A DNA stretch of 64,000 nt. Source: Pyrinomonadaceae bacterium (lineage in GTDB: Bacteria > Acidobacteriota > Blastocatellia > Pyrinomonadales > Pyrinomonadaceae). The DNA lies in assembly GCA_035278765.1 (NCBI GenBank), contig DATEIS010000441.1, forward strand, positions 3,288 through 67,287. The letters are read 5' to 3'. Of this stretch, positions 39,471-49,296 are shown piece by piece. The notes under the pieces were generated by a model. It made no database searches and was not told where the DNA came from. It saw nothing but the letters and a program-made list of their open reading frames with translations. Both the position numbers and the translations under genes were made by a program. Within the stretch, counting starts at the first letter, position 1; each line of letters begins with the position of its first letter.

Positions 39471-40469
39471 ATGAACTTAACAACTAACTACTTGGGCATG
39501 GTTTTGAAGAACCCGATCGTGGCCTCATCGTCGCCACTCTCACACAATGTCGATAGTATCCGTCGTCTTGAAGACGCCGGAGCTGCAGCAGTCGTCATGT
39601 ATTCACTGTTTGAAGAACAGATTGGTTTTGACAGTTATTACATCGACTATCACTTGACGCAGGGCATCGACAGCTACGCCGAATCGATCAGCTATTTTCC
39701 TGATATGCAGAGCTACAACGTTGGTCCTGACGAGTACATGAATCTGATTCGCCGGGCCAAGGAAACGGTTGATATTCCGATCATCGGCAGTCTGAATGGA
39801 ACTTCTGTTGGTGGGTGGACGGATTATGCGGCGTTAATTGAAGAGGCTGGCGCTGATGCTTTGGAGCTGAACGTTTATTACCTTCCGACCAACACCGAGA
39901 TCTCAGGTCTCGAGGTCGAACGACTCTATTTGGAGATTCTATCGGCCGTTCGACAGGTCGTGACGATTCCGGTGGCAGTGAAACTCAGTCCGTTCTTCAG
40001 TTCCACCGCGAACATGGCAAGTCGTTTAGCCGATCATGGTGCTGACGGACTGGTTCTATTCAATCGCTTTTACCAACCCGACTTTGATTTAGAGAATCTT
40101 GAAGTAGCACCACGCCTGGTCTTGAGTAATTCAGACGACCTGCGTTTGCCATTGCGTTGGGTGGCAATCTTGTACGGGCGGTTGAGTGTCGATCTTGCAA
40201 TAACAAGCGGCATTCATACTTCGCACGATGCCATTAAAGGGCTAATGGCCGGCGCGAAAGTTACGATGATGGCCTCGGAGTTACTTCAAAACGGAGTTCG
40301 TCGGATAGGGCAAGTGCTCAATGAACTCACGACCTGGCTGAACGAGCATGAATACGAAAGCGTCATGCAGATGATTGGTGCGATGAGTCAAAAGCACTGC
40401 GCCGAACCCGCCGCCTTTGAAAGGGCGAATTACATGAAGATGCTGCAGTCCTATCGCCCGATCAACTAA
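39471..40469 (+). CDS. dihydroorotate dehydrogenase-like protein (PFOR-associated)
   Basis: 332 aa, class-1 DHOD-like TIM barrel ([21 protein letters not shown]). It lies immediately downstream of PFOR. Confidence 0.75.
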   Translation: MNLTTNYLGMVLKNPIVASSSPLSHNVDSIRRLEDAGAAAVVMYSLFEEQIGFDSYYIDYHLTQGIDSYAESISYFPDMQSYNVGPDEYMNLIRRAKETVDIPIIGSLNGTSVGGWTDYAALIEEAGADALELNVYYLPTNTEISGLEVERLYLEILSAVRQVVTIPVAVKLSPFFSSTANMASRLADHGADGLVLFNRFYQPDFDLENLEVAPRLVLSNSDDLRLPLRWVAILYGRLSVDLAITSGIHTSHDAIKGLMAGAKVTMMASELLQNGVRRIGQVLNELTTWLNEHEYESVMQMIGAMSQKHCAEPAAFERANYMKMLQSYRPIN

Positions 40470-40472
40470 GCG

Positions 40473-41822
40473 TCACTGACGTGCTTCGCCTTCGATGACA
40501 AAGAAACCAGTCTCGCCGCCACCTGATGTGACGTTGACCACCGGCGAATCTGACAAGCGGACCATCGCACCCTCGACGCGCCCTTCAAATAGAAACGGGT
40601 TCGTATCAACGTACATTGGCTGCAAGGCCCACTCGCTCTCGCCGAAGATCGGGAAAATCTCCGTTCGCAGTTCTACCTTTTCCTGCACCACATAGTCGCC
40701 GGCTAACGCTTCCGAGAGGGCGGCTTCCCACTCCGATGACGTTGAGCGGTCGCCAAACGAGATGCCGCGACCGCCGTAGTCGTCGTTGGGCTTCAGGACG
40801 AAGTGCGGCCGGTGCTTTCGGACATGTTCAATCAAATCTACTTCGCGTCCTCCGTGGTGCGACTTTCGCTGGATGACGCGTCTGGTCCAGGGCACTGTGC
40901 GCCGAATGACTTCCTTCTCACGTGCAGTGAACCAGCCCGAGTTTGCTTCGTCAGTCAGTAATTCAAATGCCGCTTTCTTATGGACCAGCTTGCAACGAAA
41001 GGAATTCACCAGGCAGACATGGCCTGCGAGGTACGCGCGTATGAGCGGATGAGAATCATCGCAGGCAGTAAGTAATTCGTTGATGATGACACGCTTGTAG
41101 ACAAGGTCGACGGGGAAGGAGCCACAATGTAGTCTTCCGTTCTCGTAGGTAAGTTGTTCCGGTGCGCAAATGAGTGTCGGGATGCCTTGACTGGCGAAAA
41201 ACTCTTCCAACAGGACAAATTCGTGGGCAGTCGGTAGGCCATTCCAATCAAGTATCGCGATATTCGGCGCGCCCGCGCCGCCCCACTCGCGGAAGCTGTT
41301 GAGCAGCGCTTTGAGCAGGTGTTTCTCTGGCGAGAACTGCCGCAGTTGATAGCGCGCTGATATGTCTCGCATTGCGCCAACCTCAAGAAGAATCTCGTTA
41401 AGACCCCTTTGGTCCGTGAGACTGGAAGGGTTTTCCGCGTTGTATTCGACGAACTTCACTTCGTGGCCGTGAACGAAAGCATCGAGTCGCGAAGTCACTG
41501 TTGAGGCCGAATGCTTCGGCTCAACGAGCGCTAGTTTGATCTCGCGTTCTGTGAGTCCGACTGCTTCCATCCGAGACGGCTCACTCAGTAAGGCCGAGGC
41601 AATTTTTTCAAAGGCTCCAGCGAGGACCTCAGATGCGCGGGCCAGCATGGCGTACTGGGTTCGGGTGAGCACATGTGGCCGAAGTGCAACGCCGATTTCG
41701 CGAGCGCCGTACAGCAACCGACGCGCCCGCATCATAGTCTTGAGGCGCGCGAAGAAGTCCGCCGTCAGGCCGTCGTCTCCGGCGAGAGACGTGTGATATT
41801 CGGCAATCAGCGTTTTACGCAT
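40473..41822 (-). CDS. hypothetical protein, possibly ATP-grasp / glutathionylspermidine-synthase-like fold
   Basis: 449 aa from the internal ATG. The C-terminal [17 protein letters not shown]...YVVQEKV looks ATP-grasp-like. The functional call is tentative. Confidence 0.5.
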   Translation of the reverse strand: MRKTLIAEYHTSLAGDDGLTADFFARLKTMMRARRLLYGAREIGVALRPHVLTRTQYAMLARASEVLAGAFEKIASALLSEPSRMEAVGLTEREIKLALVEPKHSASTVTSRLDAFVHGHEVKFVEYNAENPSSLTDQRGLNEILLEVGAMRDISARYQLRQFSPEKHLLKALLNSFREWGGAGAPNIAILDWNGLPTAHEFVLLEEFFASQGIPTLICAPEQLTYENGRLHCGSFPVDLVYKRVIINELLTACDDSHPLIRAYLAGHVCLVNSFRCKLVHKKAAFELLTDEANSGWFTAREKEVIRRTVPWTRRVIQRKSHHGGREVDLIEHVRKHRPHFVLKPNDDYGGRGISFGDRSTSSEWEAALSEALAGDYVVQEKVELRTEIFPIFGESEWALQPMYVDTNPFLFEGRVEGAMVRLSDSPVVNVTSGGGETGFFVIEGEARQ

Positions 41823-41873
41823 CGCTGTGATCTTCGTGTCGATTGAGGATCGCACGAGGACAAGGCTGAGCAC

Positions 41874-43583
41874 CTAAGAAGCACTACGCCTTAGCCGAAC
41901 ATAGTGCGGTGACCACATCTTATCCCTCACGTTTCGCTCCAACTCTTCGAGGCTAGTTGTTTCTGTCAGTCCTGCTTGCTGGGCTTCGACGCCAACGGCT
42001 ACTGCCACTTTGCGCGAGATTTCGCGGACACTTTCCACCGGTGGATACAGCGGCGCGTCAGCGTCAGTCAACGCGGGAGAAAACTCGCTCAATACATGGG
42101 CAGCCGCAGAGAACATCGCATCTGTGACTCGATCTGCACCTGACGCAATCACGCCCAGCCCGACCCCCGGAAATATGAACACGTTGTTGCATTGACCGAC
42201 CTTGATCAATCGCCCGGCATAACTGATTGGGTGAAATGGGCTCCCCGTTGCGATTAAGGCACGTCCCTCCGTCCATTGAAAAAGTTCCAACGGCGTCGCT
42301 TCACTCTTCGAGGTTGGATTTGAAAGTGGAAAGATCACGGGCCGCTCGACGTGCTTTGCCATCTCACGAACAATATCCTCGCTGAAAGCTCCGCGCTGAC
42401 CAGATGTACCGATCAAAATCGTGGGCTTAACATTCCTTACCACCTCGAAAAAGCTGAAGCTCTCAGGATCGATCGGCGCGATTCGTTCTGTTGGCTGCGC
42501 GTATCTACGTTTTGAGTCTTCCAGGTTAGTCCGCCGGGTGTGAACCAGGCCCTTACTATCAACTAGCCACAGCTTCTGTTTCCCATCGTGCTCAGAATAA
42601 CCTTCTTGAAGCATTGCCGCGATGATCTGATCACAAATCCCAATTGCAGACGAGCCAGCTCCCAGAATCAGGATTCGTTGTTCGCCGAGTCTTGAGTCCA
42701 TCAGTTTCATCGCCGCCAGGAGACCGGCGACCGTTACTGCGCCGGTTCCCTGAATATCGTCGTTGAAAGTACAAAGACGATCACGATAGCGCTCAAGCAA
42801 TCGCGCGGCGTTGTGCTTTGAAAAGTCTTCCCACTGGAGCAACACTCGAGGAAACTTCTCCATGACTGCTTTTACAAATGCTTCAATAAAGTCGTCGTAC
42901 TCCTGTCCTCGCACGCGCGCGTGCCGCCAACCCAAATACAGTGGATCGTCCAGTAGTTCGTGATTATCAGTTCCAACATCCAGCATGATAGGAAGAGTCG
43001 CGGCCGGATGAATTCCCGCGCAGAGAGAGTAAAGCGAGAGTTTACCAATCGGGATACCCATGCCTCCCACTCCCAGGTCTCCCAACCCGAGAATCCGCTC
43101 GCCATCAGTCACTACGATGACTTCAACTCTTTCCGAAGGAGCGTTGTCGAGCAGCACAGGAATGTCATCACGGTTAGGATACGAGATGTATAGTCCGCGA
43201 GGCCTGCGAAACACATGGCTGTATTGACGGCACCCTTCGCCAACTGTCGGCGTATAGATGATGGGCATCATTTCACTGATGTGTTCCAGCAAGAGACGAT
43301 AAAAGAGTGTCTCGTTGCGGTCTTGCAGGGCCGTCAGAAACACATATCGCTCGAGATCAGTTTCTTTGCACCGATAGTTCTCAAAGGTGCGAGCGAGTTG
43401 CTCTTCAACGGTGGAAGAATGCAGTGGAAGAAGTCCCAAAAGCCCGAACTCACGTCGCTCATCCTGGGAAAACGCGCTGCCCTTGTTGAGCAACGGGCTG
43501 TCCAGGAGAAGTTGTCCTGTGAGACCAGTCTCGATTGGAGCTTCAGGATGATTTATGACGATAGAACTCATCTGCCTGGCCAT
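41874..43583 (-). CDS. maeA: NAD(P)-dependent malic enzyme
   Basis: 569 aa. [38 protein letters not shown] and Rossmann GAGSSAIG. Confidence 0.9.
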   Translation of the reverse strand: MARQMSSIVINHPEAPIETGLTGQLLLDSPLLNKGSAFSQDERREFGLLGLLPLHSSTVEEQLARTFENYRCKETDLERYVFLTALQDRNETLFYRLLLEHISEMMPIIYTPTVGEGCRQYSHVFRRPRGLYISYPNRDDIPVLLDNAPSERVEVIVVTDGERILGLGDLGVGGMGIPIGKLSLYSLCAGIHPAATLPIMLDVGTDNHELLDDPLYLGWRHARVRGQEYDDFIEAFVKAVMEKFPRVLLQWEDFSKHNAARLLERYRDRLCTFNDDIQGTGAVTVAGLLAAMKLMDSRLGEQRILILGAGSSAIGICDQIIAAMLQEGYSEHDGKQKLWLVDSKGLVHTRRTNLEDSKRRYAQPTERIAPIDPESFSFFEVVRNVKPTILIGTSGQRGAFSEDIVREMAKHVERPVIFPLSNPTSKSEATPLELFQWTEGRALIATGSPFHPISYAGRLIKVGQCNNVFIFPGVGLGVIASGADRVTDAMFSAAAHVLSEFSPALTDADAPLYPPVESVREISRKVAVAVGVEAQQAGLTETTSLEELERNVRDKMWSPHYVRLRRSAS

Positions 43584-43658
43584 CGAAGTTCTTCAACCCG
43601 CGTCCTGTTTGCAAATTCCATGGTCTCCTCCTTGTCACTTCGTAACGCCCGCCCCACA

Positions 43659-43787
43659 TCATGCCTTTGCCTGGCATTCCGGATGTCCACAACCACAGTC
43701 AGTTTCAGGACGCCTCTTTTCACATTCTTCAATAGTCGCTGCGCTCGCTAGCGGGACCACTGCAGGGGCATGTGCGCATTCTTTCAT
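43659..43787 (-). CDS. possible 42-aa Cys/His-rich small protein (MKECAHAP...CGCGHPECQAKA)
   Basis: Below the ORF-track cut-off; I found it by reading the spacer. GAGGAGG lies 14 nt upstream, which is longer than ideal. Unsupported otherwise. Confidence 0.25.
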   Translation of the reverse strand: MKECAHAPAVVPLASAATIEECEKRRPETDCGCGHPECQAKA

Positions 43788-43806
43788 GGCCTTCAGGGCG
43801 TCCTCC

Positions 43807-44051
43807 TCAACGGAGATTAAGAGAAGACATTAGTACTCTCGCTGCCAGTTCACGCGAGCCCGTTTGTTCTCGTGCGAAAAATTCGTAATGCGTGTTACCG
43901 CCAAATGCTTTTTCAAGAGCACCACCTAAACGCTGGGCCAGATGTTCGGTCGTCGTAGTTACAGTAAGTTTGTGGCCATCTCCTCGTTTCCATTCCATGA
44001 TGCGCGCCAACGGATTGTCTTCAGCAGCCCGTTCTGCTTCGTTCCGCAGTA
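43807..44051 (-). pseudogene. 5'-truncated, frameshifted copy of the 10308..10829 gene
   Basis: It encodes LRNEAERAAEDNPLARIMEWKRGDGHKLTVTTTTEHLAQRLG, matching the C-terminal half of the intact paralogue. The zinc-ribbon half is missing, and an extra base in a T5 run (plus-strand A5 at 43877-43881) shifts the 3' end. Confidence 0.75.
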
Positions 44052-44085
44052 TCAGGCACCAATAGCTTTTCTTAAGACGCTACTA

Positions 44086-44101
44086 GGCAACGCCTGTGCC
44101 C
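44086..44101 (-). promoter_or_regulatory. candidate sigma-54 promoter (P9) retained upstream of the pseudogene
   Basis: The minus strand reads gGGCAC-aggcg-TTGCc, which is near-identical to P4. Confidence 0.55.
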
Positions 44102-44423
44102 GGAGAACTGATTGAGTAATTTAGAAACATATGAAAAAAGCAGGGGAAATCAGCTCATCGATTCCTAAAGTTGATGGTTCAAAGTTCGCCGAAATGCAGT
44201 CGCGAGCTTTCACGCAATATCTGCGTAAGATTGCTCAGCATGATTGCAACCAACCGTGACAAAGGACTTATGTGTAGAGAAATCACCCGTGATCAGCGGA
44301 ACGCGTTTGCGAGTTATGTGGCATTCGCGTTGCTGTTTAGTCCACGTTCGCTGAAAAAGGCACTGGCAGCGCTTGCGGTTGAGCCAACTGTCTATGCCGC
44401 GAAGAGAAATGGAAACCACAATA

Positions 44424-44815
44424 ATGAGAACCTATTTGATCTGTTTGCTCGCGAGTGTGCTCTTTGTCGCGAGCATCTCTATGCCGGTAGTTGCCCAGCA
44501 GAGTAACTCGGAAGGAACGACACTCGATAAGGTGAAGGCCAAGGTTGCGAAACTAGGAACCGGCGAGAAGGCCAAGCAACTGTGATTTTGAAGGATGGAA
44601 CGAAGATAAAAGGTTACATCGGGCAGGCTGGAAGCGATGACTTCGTCCTGCGTGATCGGAAGACCGACTCGCCAACCACGATCCCTTATAGCGACGTTTC
44701 GAAGGTTGAGAGCAACAAAGGCCATTCAACCGCAAGGAACTTGGGCCTTGGTATCGGTATTGGGGCCGGGGCATTTCTCGGAATACTTTTGATCGCCATT
44801 GCACATCTCGACTAA
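44424..44815 (+). pseudogene. small secreted/membrane-anchored protein split at 44582-44585 (1-nt frameshift, or two GTGA-coupled ORFs)
   Basis: A signal-peptide ORF (MRTYLICLLASVLFVASISMPVVAQ) stops at TGA 44583-85. The continuation (VILKDGTKIKGYIGQAG... with a C-terminal TM) is in another frame and starts at GTG 44582. Confidence 0.4.
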
Positions 44816-45043
44816 CAGCCGAATCGAATGTGTTTCGGCACAAGGATCATACTTCCTTCGGCGAAGTTGTGAGCATCATCAACTGCTAACAAAACCTTAA
44901 TCACCCTTCTTACACAATCGCGCTCGTCGCCACCTTATCGACTGGATGGTCATCGGATTCTGTGTGGTGGCGCCCGTAATCGTCGTGGAGATTTCAAAGG
45001 CAACAGCCAAACGAACCGTGTCATCGGTGGAGGCAAAAAGTAT

Positions 45044-46015
45044 ATGAAACGGATTGCGGTGTTAACGAGTGGCGGTGATGCCGCGGGTATGAATGCGGCA
45101 GTCAGAGCTGTTGTCCGGACGGGCCTTGATAACGGATGGGAACTCTACGGAGTCCGCTGCGGATATGCTGGACTCATAGCCGGAGACTTTCTACCTCTAG
45201 GCGCGAGAGATGTTGGGGGAATAATTCAGCTTGGCGGCACCATGTTACGTAGCGGCCGTTGTTTGGACTTTAAAACCGAGCCAGGTCGTAATGAAGCACT
45301 TAGAAATCTCAGCGAAAAACAAATTGAGGCACTGGTCGTAATCGGCGGGGACGGTTCGCAAACCGGCGCTCATCTGCTCTCACAAGCTGGGCTTCCCGTC
45401 ATTGGAGTCGCGTCGACAATCGATAACGATCTTTATGGTTCGGAGATAACGATTGGCGTCGACACCGCTCTGAACATCGCTCTGGAGTCTATCGACCGAT
45501 TGAAGGTCACGGCATCCTCCCACAGAAGAGCGTTCCTCGTCGAAGTCATGGGACGTAATTGCGGCTACCTGGCTCTAATAGCGGGAATCACTGGTGGCGC
45601 GGAAGTCATAGTGATTCCCGAAGTTGAAACGAATCCTGAGGAGGTGGCAGCAGAGTTACGTGGTGCCTACGAGCGCGGGAAGGCGCACGCTATCGCCGTC
45701 GTTGCTGAAGGCGCCCGTTACAACGCGCGAGCGTTGTCCGTCTATTTTCAAGAGCACAAAGAACGATTGGGGTTTGAGTTACGCGTGACCACTTTGGGCC
45801 ATGTTCAGCGTGGCGGAGCACCGGGCGCCTTTGATCGCTTGCTGGCCACTCGACTCGGCGTAGCGGCAGTTCGACAACTCGAGAAGAAAGAATATGGAGT
45901 GCTCGTAGGTCTTCTAGATGGTGAACTCGCGACTACGCGTTTTGATGAAGTTATTTCTAACAAGAAACTGCTTGATTTAAAACTACTCGAAACGGCCCGG
46001 ATTCTAGCCAAATAA
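45044..46015 (+). CDS. pfkA: ATP-dependent 6-phosphofructokinase
   Basis: MKRIAVLTSGGDAAGMNAAVRAVV, GGDGS, TIDND, MGR; 323 aa. Confidence 0.9.
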   Translation: MKRIAVLTSGGDAAGMNAAVRAVVRTGLDNGWELYGVRCGYAGLIAGDFLPLGARDVGGIIQLGGTMLRSGRCLDFKTEPGRNEALRNLSEKQIEALVVIGGDGSQTGAHLLSQAGLPVIGVASTIDNDLYGSEITIGVDTALNIALESIDRLKVTASSHRRAFLVEVMGRNCGYLALIAGITGGAEVIVIPEVETNPEEVAAELRGAYERGKAHAIAVVAEGARYNARALSVYFQEHKERLGFELRVTTLGHVQRGGAPGAFDRLLATRLGVAAVRQLEKKEYGVLVGLLDGELATTRFDEVISNKKLLDLKLLETARILAK

Positions 46016-46038
46016 GGGCCTTAAAGTTAGGGACAGTA

Positions 46039-46685
46039 GTGAAGGTGAACACGATCATTATCAGAGTAAGTTTTGCCGCAACCTGCCTTGTCGTTTTGGC
46101 TGCGGCCACGGTTTTCTCTCAGACCCCAACTGGACCAGCAAATCGGCCGTCCTCTTAATGTTGGTTTTAGGAGACTCTGTTTGGTGGAGGCAGGGATTTA
46201 AGACGGAGCACAAATCCTGGTATCACGTGAAAGTCTGGCTGGAGAAAACAACTGGTAGAGCAGTAATCGAAAAAGTAGAGGCTCACTCAGGCGCTATCAT
46301 CGAACGAAGCTCACCTCCAGAGAAACTGACGACTCCGAACCCGGAAGTTGATGTCGCGCTACCGGCATTAAATGAGCAACTCGATAATGCAGAGCGTTTC
46401 TATTCCGACCGGTTAGAAATCGATGTAGTGCTTGTCAGTGGATGCGCCAACGATGTCGGCACGCAGAATCTTTTGAACGCGATTGCGACGAACAAATCGA
46501 CGAGATGACAAAGGCGAAGTGCGGACCACCAATGGAGAAAGCTGCGCAGAATCACGACTTCATTTCCTGCTGCCCGCGTCATCGTGACTGGTTATTATCG
46601 TTTCTTTTCAGAGAAGACTCGGAACGATTTTATTCTAAAAGCGCTGGTACGAAGATTCTTTAAGATCATCCCTGGCCTGTCTTAG
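46039..46685 (+). pseudogene. SGNH/GDSL-type hydrolase remnant with at least 3 frame changes
   Basis: The parts occupy different frames: signal peptide (46039-46158), the LVLGDSVWW block (frame of 46158), EQIDEMTKAKCGPPMEK (third frame), and ITTSFPAARVIVTGYY back in the second frame. Confidence 0.65.
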
Positions 46686-46958
46686 TGGCGCGATTCCAAT
46701 GAAGCGCTTTGCGATAACATCACGAGAAAAAGATAGACGACTCGAGAGGACTCGATCATACCTGGGAATTCGGAGGGCCACACGGGTTTTAAAAAATGTC
46801 ACCGATTCGTCACTCGACTCTCTGCAAATCGATGAAAATCGATGTCAAAAGACTGCACAAGAAATGGTCCTGTAACGGCTGCAACCTGTTGAAGAATTGC
46901 AAGTTAATGTCACTGCATGTCACCGCATGACAAACCATGCAATGGTGGTCCAAGCCCA

Positions 46959-47003
46959 TTCGCAATGCGGAGGTCAGGGGTTCGATCCGCCTCTGCTCCA
47001 CCA
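46959..47003 (+). tRNA. 3' fragment of tRNA-Ala(CGC), from anticodon loop to CCA; not a functional tRNA
   Basis: TTCGCAA-TGCGG-AGGTC-AGGGG-TTCGATC-CGCCT-CTGCTCC-A-CCA. It has U at position 70, as in tRNA-Ala. The T stem has one mismatch. There is no D arm or 5' acceptor strand upstream. Confidence 0.6.
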
Positions 47004-47019
47004 TTTGTTTTCAATCATT

Positions 47020-47053
47020 TACGGCTGCTTGCACTGGCAGCCGTATTTCATTT
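47020..47053. terminator. Rho-independent terminator, possibly bidirectional
   Basis: 9-bp stem TACGGCTGC / GCAGCCGTA with an 8-nt loop, then TTTCATTT. It sits between the tRNA fragment and the convergent gene 47091..47642. Confidence 0.6.
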
Positions 47054-47090
47054 GTGGGCACGCTCTCCGACGCTAATCGACCCAGTATTA

Positions 47091-47642
47091 TCAATCCGAC
47101 TTCTTCAGATATTGCTCCGGAATCCGATTTTTCTCGTCTTCGTTTTGCCAAAACACTGTCACAACCCACCAACGCTTCCCATCGTTTATCAATTGAAAGC
47201 TGTTGATGCCTCGTTGGATGGGTATACGGTCTTCAGCGTTATGGCGTGATTCGTAGGAGCTAAAGGCCTGCGCGATATTTCCAAACGCCTCAGTCCGCCG
47301 TGCTACTTCCTTTTCGAAAAACCCTTTTTCTTCAAGCGACGGGCCAATTCTGCCGATGTACTCCTCAACCGTTACAACACGCCAGCCATAACCGTCCTCT
47401 TCCTGCGGTCGAGTTGGAATTAGACGAGCCTCAGGAACAAACAGGGACCGGAAACGATCCCAGTTGCGCTTGGTTCCAGCCGGCCCTGAAATTGTGTCGT
47501 AAACGGCCGCGATAATGGCATCCATCGAATTTACATCCGCGGGGTTGGCTTCCGGCGGTGCGGGCGTCTTGTTACAGGCAGGGAAAATAAAAACGAAAAG
47601 AAGAGAGACAAGAAGACTTCTACGAACCATGTGCAAATTCAT
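47091..47642 (-). CDS. putative lipoprotein, hypothetical (possibly NTF2-like fold)
   Basis: 183 aa. Signal peptide ending in FPAC, then a soluble domain. The fold assignment is a guess. Confidence 0.55.
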   Translation of the reverse strand: MNLHMVRRSLLVSLLFVFIFPACNKTPAPPEANPADVNSMDAIIAAVYDTISGPAGTKRNWDRFRSLFVPEARLIPTRPQEEDGYGWRVVTVEEYIGRIGPSLEEKGFFEKEVARRTEAFGNIAQAFSSYESRHNAEDRIPIQRGINSFQLINDGKRWWVVTVFWQNEDEKNRIPEQYLKKSD

Positions 47643-47809
47643 AAGGCACCCTATGCAGATATCAATGAGGGAGGAACCGGAAGTGGTATCGGGAGTTTCT
47701 TAAACTGGGAAGTTTAAATATATACCCCTTTTGCCGCGTGTCAATGAGGCTGTAACTAGGGTAGTGGGGCCAGTTTTCAGGTGGTGGATAATGTGACTGC
47801 ACTACACAT

Positions 47810-47828
47810 CGCGCTCCGCTGGAGCGCG
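47810..47828. repeat. 8-bp stem / 3-nt loop hairpin (CGCGCTCC-GCT-GGAGCGCG) in a 0.5-kb non-coding spacer
   Basis: Read directly from the sequence. The surrounding region translates into the low-quality ORF 47662..47973, which I regard as spurious. Confidence 0.5.
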
Positions 47829-48193
47829 GTTCTATGTTGGAGGGGCGGATAGCTATAAACATCTGGCCGCGCCGCGGCCAATAATTCCACGAAACAAAAT
47901 CACTGTCTGAATCATTATTCAGTGAGACCCTGGTTCCATTAAATGAAAGCTCGCTTGAAGTTTCAGACAGCACACATGTCCTTCAAGCCGCAGCCGCACT
48001 TTCTCCGGCATTAGCCCAGAATCAGTTTTTAAATCACGAAATTCCAGGGCAAACAATTTGAACTACCCTGTGACTACCCTGGCTGGCCCACAAATATGTG
48101 CTGTTGAGCCAGGAAGAAGCCACGTGTTCCCCCCTCGTCTCGCAATAGCAGACGCCGACATCCGGCGTGGGAAGATGATTGGGTCGTTACAAG

Positions 48194-49276
48194 ATGGCTA
48201 TCGGACGGCAGGTTGATTCCGCCAAAAGGGAAAAGGCGTCCGTGCCCGATCGGGACCACAACGCAGTATTGCCCGCGCTGGAAGATGTGGGCGAGTTTGC
48301 TTTGCTCTCGATGATCGGCTCGTCGCCTATTTTTAACGAGACGGTGCGACGAATGGGCCGAATTGCGATGCGCGATGCGTCCGTATTGATTGAAGGCGAG
48401 ACAGGTTCCGGAAAGGAGGTGGCGGCGAGAGCGATTCACTACCTTGGTGCACGACGCAGCCGACCGTTCATTCCCGTGAACTGCGGCGCGATTCCCGATT
48501 CGCTAATCGAAGCCGAATTTTTCGGCCATGGCCGCGGCGCCTTTACGGATGCGCGCGAAGCGCGAGCTGGTCTCATTGCACAAGCGCACGGCGGCACCCT
48601 GTTCCTCGACGAAATCGACTCGCTAACTCCCAAGGCCCAAGTCTCATTATTACGATTCCTGCAAGATCAAAAATACAAACCCGTAGGCCGCGACGTCGAA
48701 CTGGAGGCAGACGTGCGCATCATTGCCGCTACCAACAGATCCCTCATCGCGCTCGCAAACAGCGACCGGTTCCGAACAGATCTTCTACACCGCCTCAGGA
48801 TTCTCTACTTGTACATTCCCCCGCTTCGCGAACGCGAAGGTGATGCCGAAATGCTGGCACAGCACTTTCTGCGGCATTACGTCAAAAAATACAATATGCC
48901 TCCCAAGCGATTCGCTCCGGAATCACTTCGCTGGATACGCCATCACCGATGGGAGGGAAACGTGCGCGAGTTGGACAACGCCGTCCATCGCGAAGTTGTG
49001 CTTGCGGATGGCGACGTGATCAGATTTGACGTCGTTAACAATGAGACAAAGCCCAGCCATCCAACAGTAGATTCCAGCGATGACAACTACGCTCCACTCG
49101 ATTTCCAGAGTGCCAAGGCGAAGGCAGTCCACGACTTCGAACGCGGTTACCTCACGCGAATTCTGCAAATTGCTCATGGCAATGTCAGCGCTGCTGCGCG
49201 CATCGCGGAAAAAGAACGGCGCGCGTTTGGCAAGCTCCTCAAGAAACACCAAATCAGCCGCGAGCAGTTCAAGTAA
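48194..49276 (+). CDS. sigma-54-dependent transcriptional activator (bEBP) lacking an N-terminal sensory/receiver domain
   Basis: Walker A GETGSGKE, Walker B TLFLDEID, GAFTDA (a GAFTGA variant) and a C-terminal Fis-type HTH (GNVSAAARIAEKERRAFGKLLKKH). Only about 45 residues precede the AAA+ core. Confidence 0.85.
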   Translation: MAIGRQVDSAKREKASVPDRDHNAVLPALEDVGEFALLSMIGSSPIFNETVRRMGRIAMRDASVLIEGETGSGKEVAARAIHYLGARRSRPFIPVNCGAIPDSLIEAEFFGHGRGAFTDAREARAGLIAQAHGGTLFLDEIDSLTPKAQVSLLRFLQDQKYKPVGRDVELEADVRIIAATNRSLIALANSDRFRTDLLHRLRILYLYIPPLREREGDAEMLAQHFLRHYVKKYNMPPKRFAPESLRWIRHHRWEGNVRELDNAVHREVVLADGDVIRFDVVNNETKPSHPTVDSSDDNYAPLDFQSAKAKAVHDFERGYLTRILQIAHGNVSAAARIAEKERRAFGKLLKKHQISREQFK

Positions 49277-49296
49277 ATCAAAAGAGTGGGTGACGA

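Noticed and set aside
38956-39483. 175-aa minus-strand ORF overlapping the 3' end of PFOR
   Set aside because: It is antisense to an unambiguous nifJ-type gene and has no RBS or recognisable domain.
44171-44506. 111-aa plus-strand ORF in the spacer upstream of 44424
   Set aside because: It has no RBS and an implausible composition, and it overlaps the better-supported signal-peptide ORF in another frame.
46927-47003. Intact tRNA or the tRNA-like end of tmRNA
   Set aside because: No 5' acceptor strand (GGGGCAG expected) or D arm precedes the fragment. The anticodon stem 5' strand does not pair. No tmRNA 5' end or tag-ORF-like sequence was seen in the 400 nt upstream. Only the 3' 45 nt are tRNA-like.
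48855-48870. TGGCAC-agcac-TTTC inside the bEBP gene
   Set aside because: It is intragenic, and the -12 box lacks the invariant GC.
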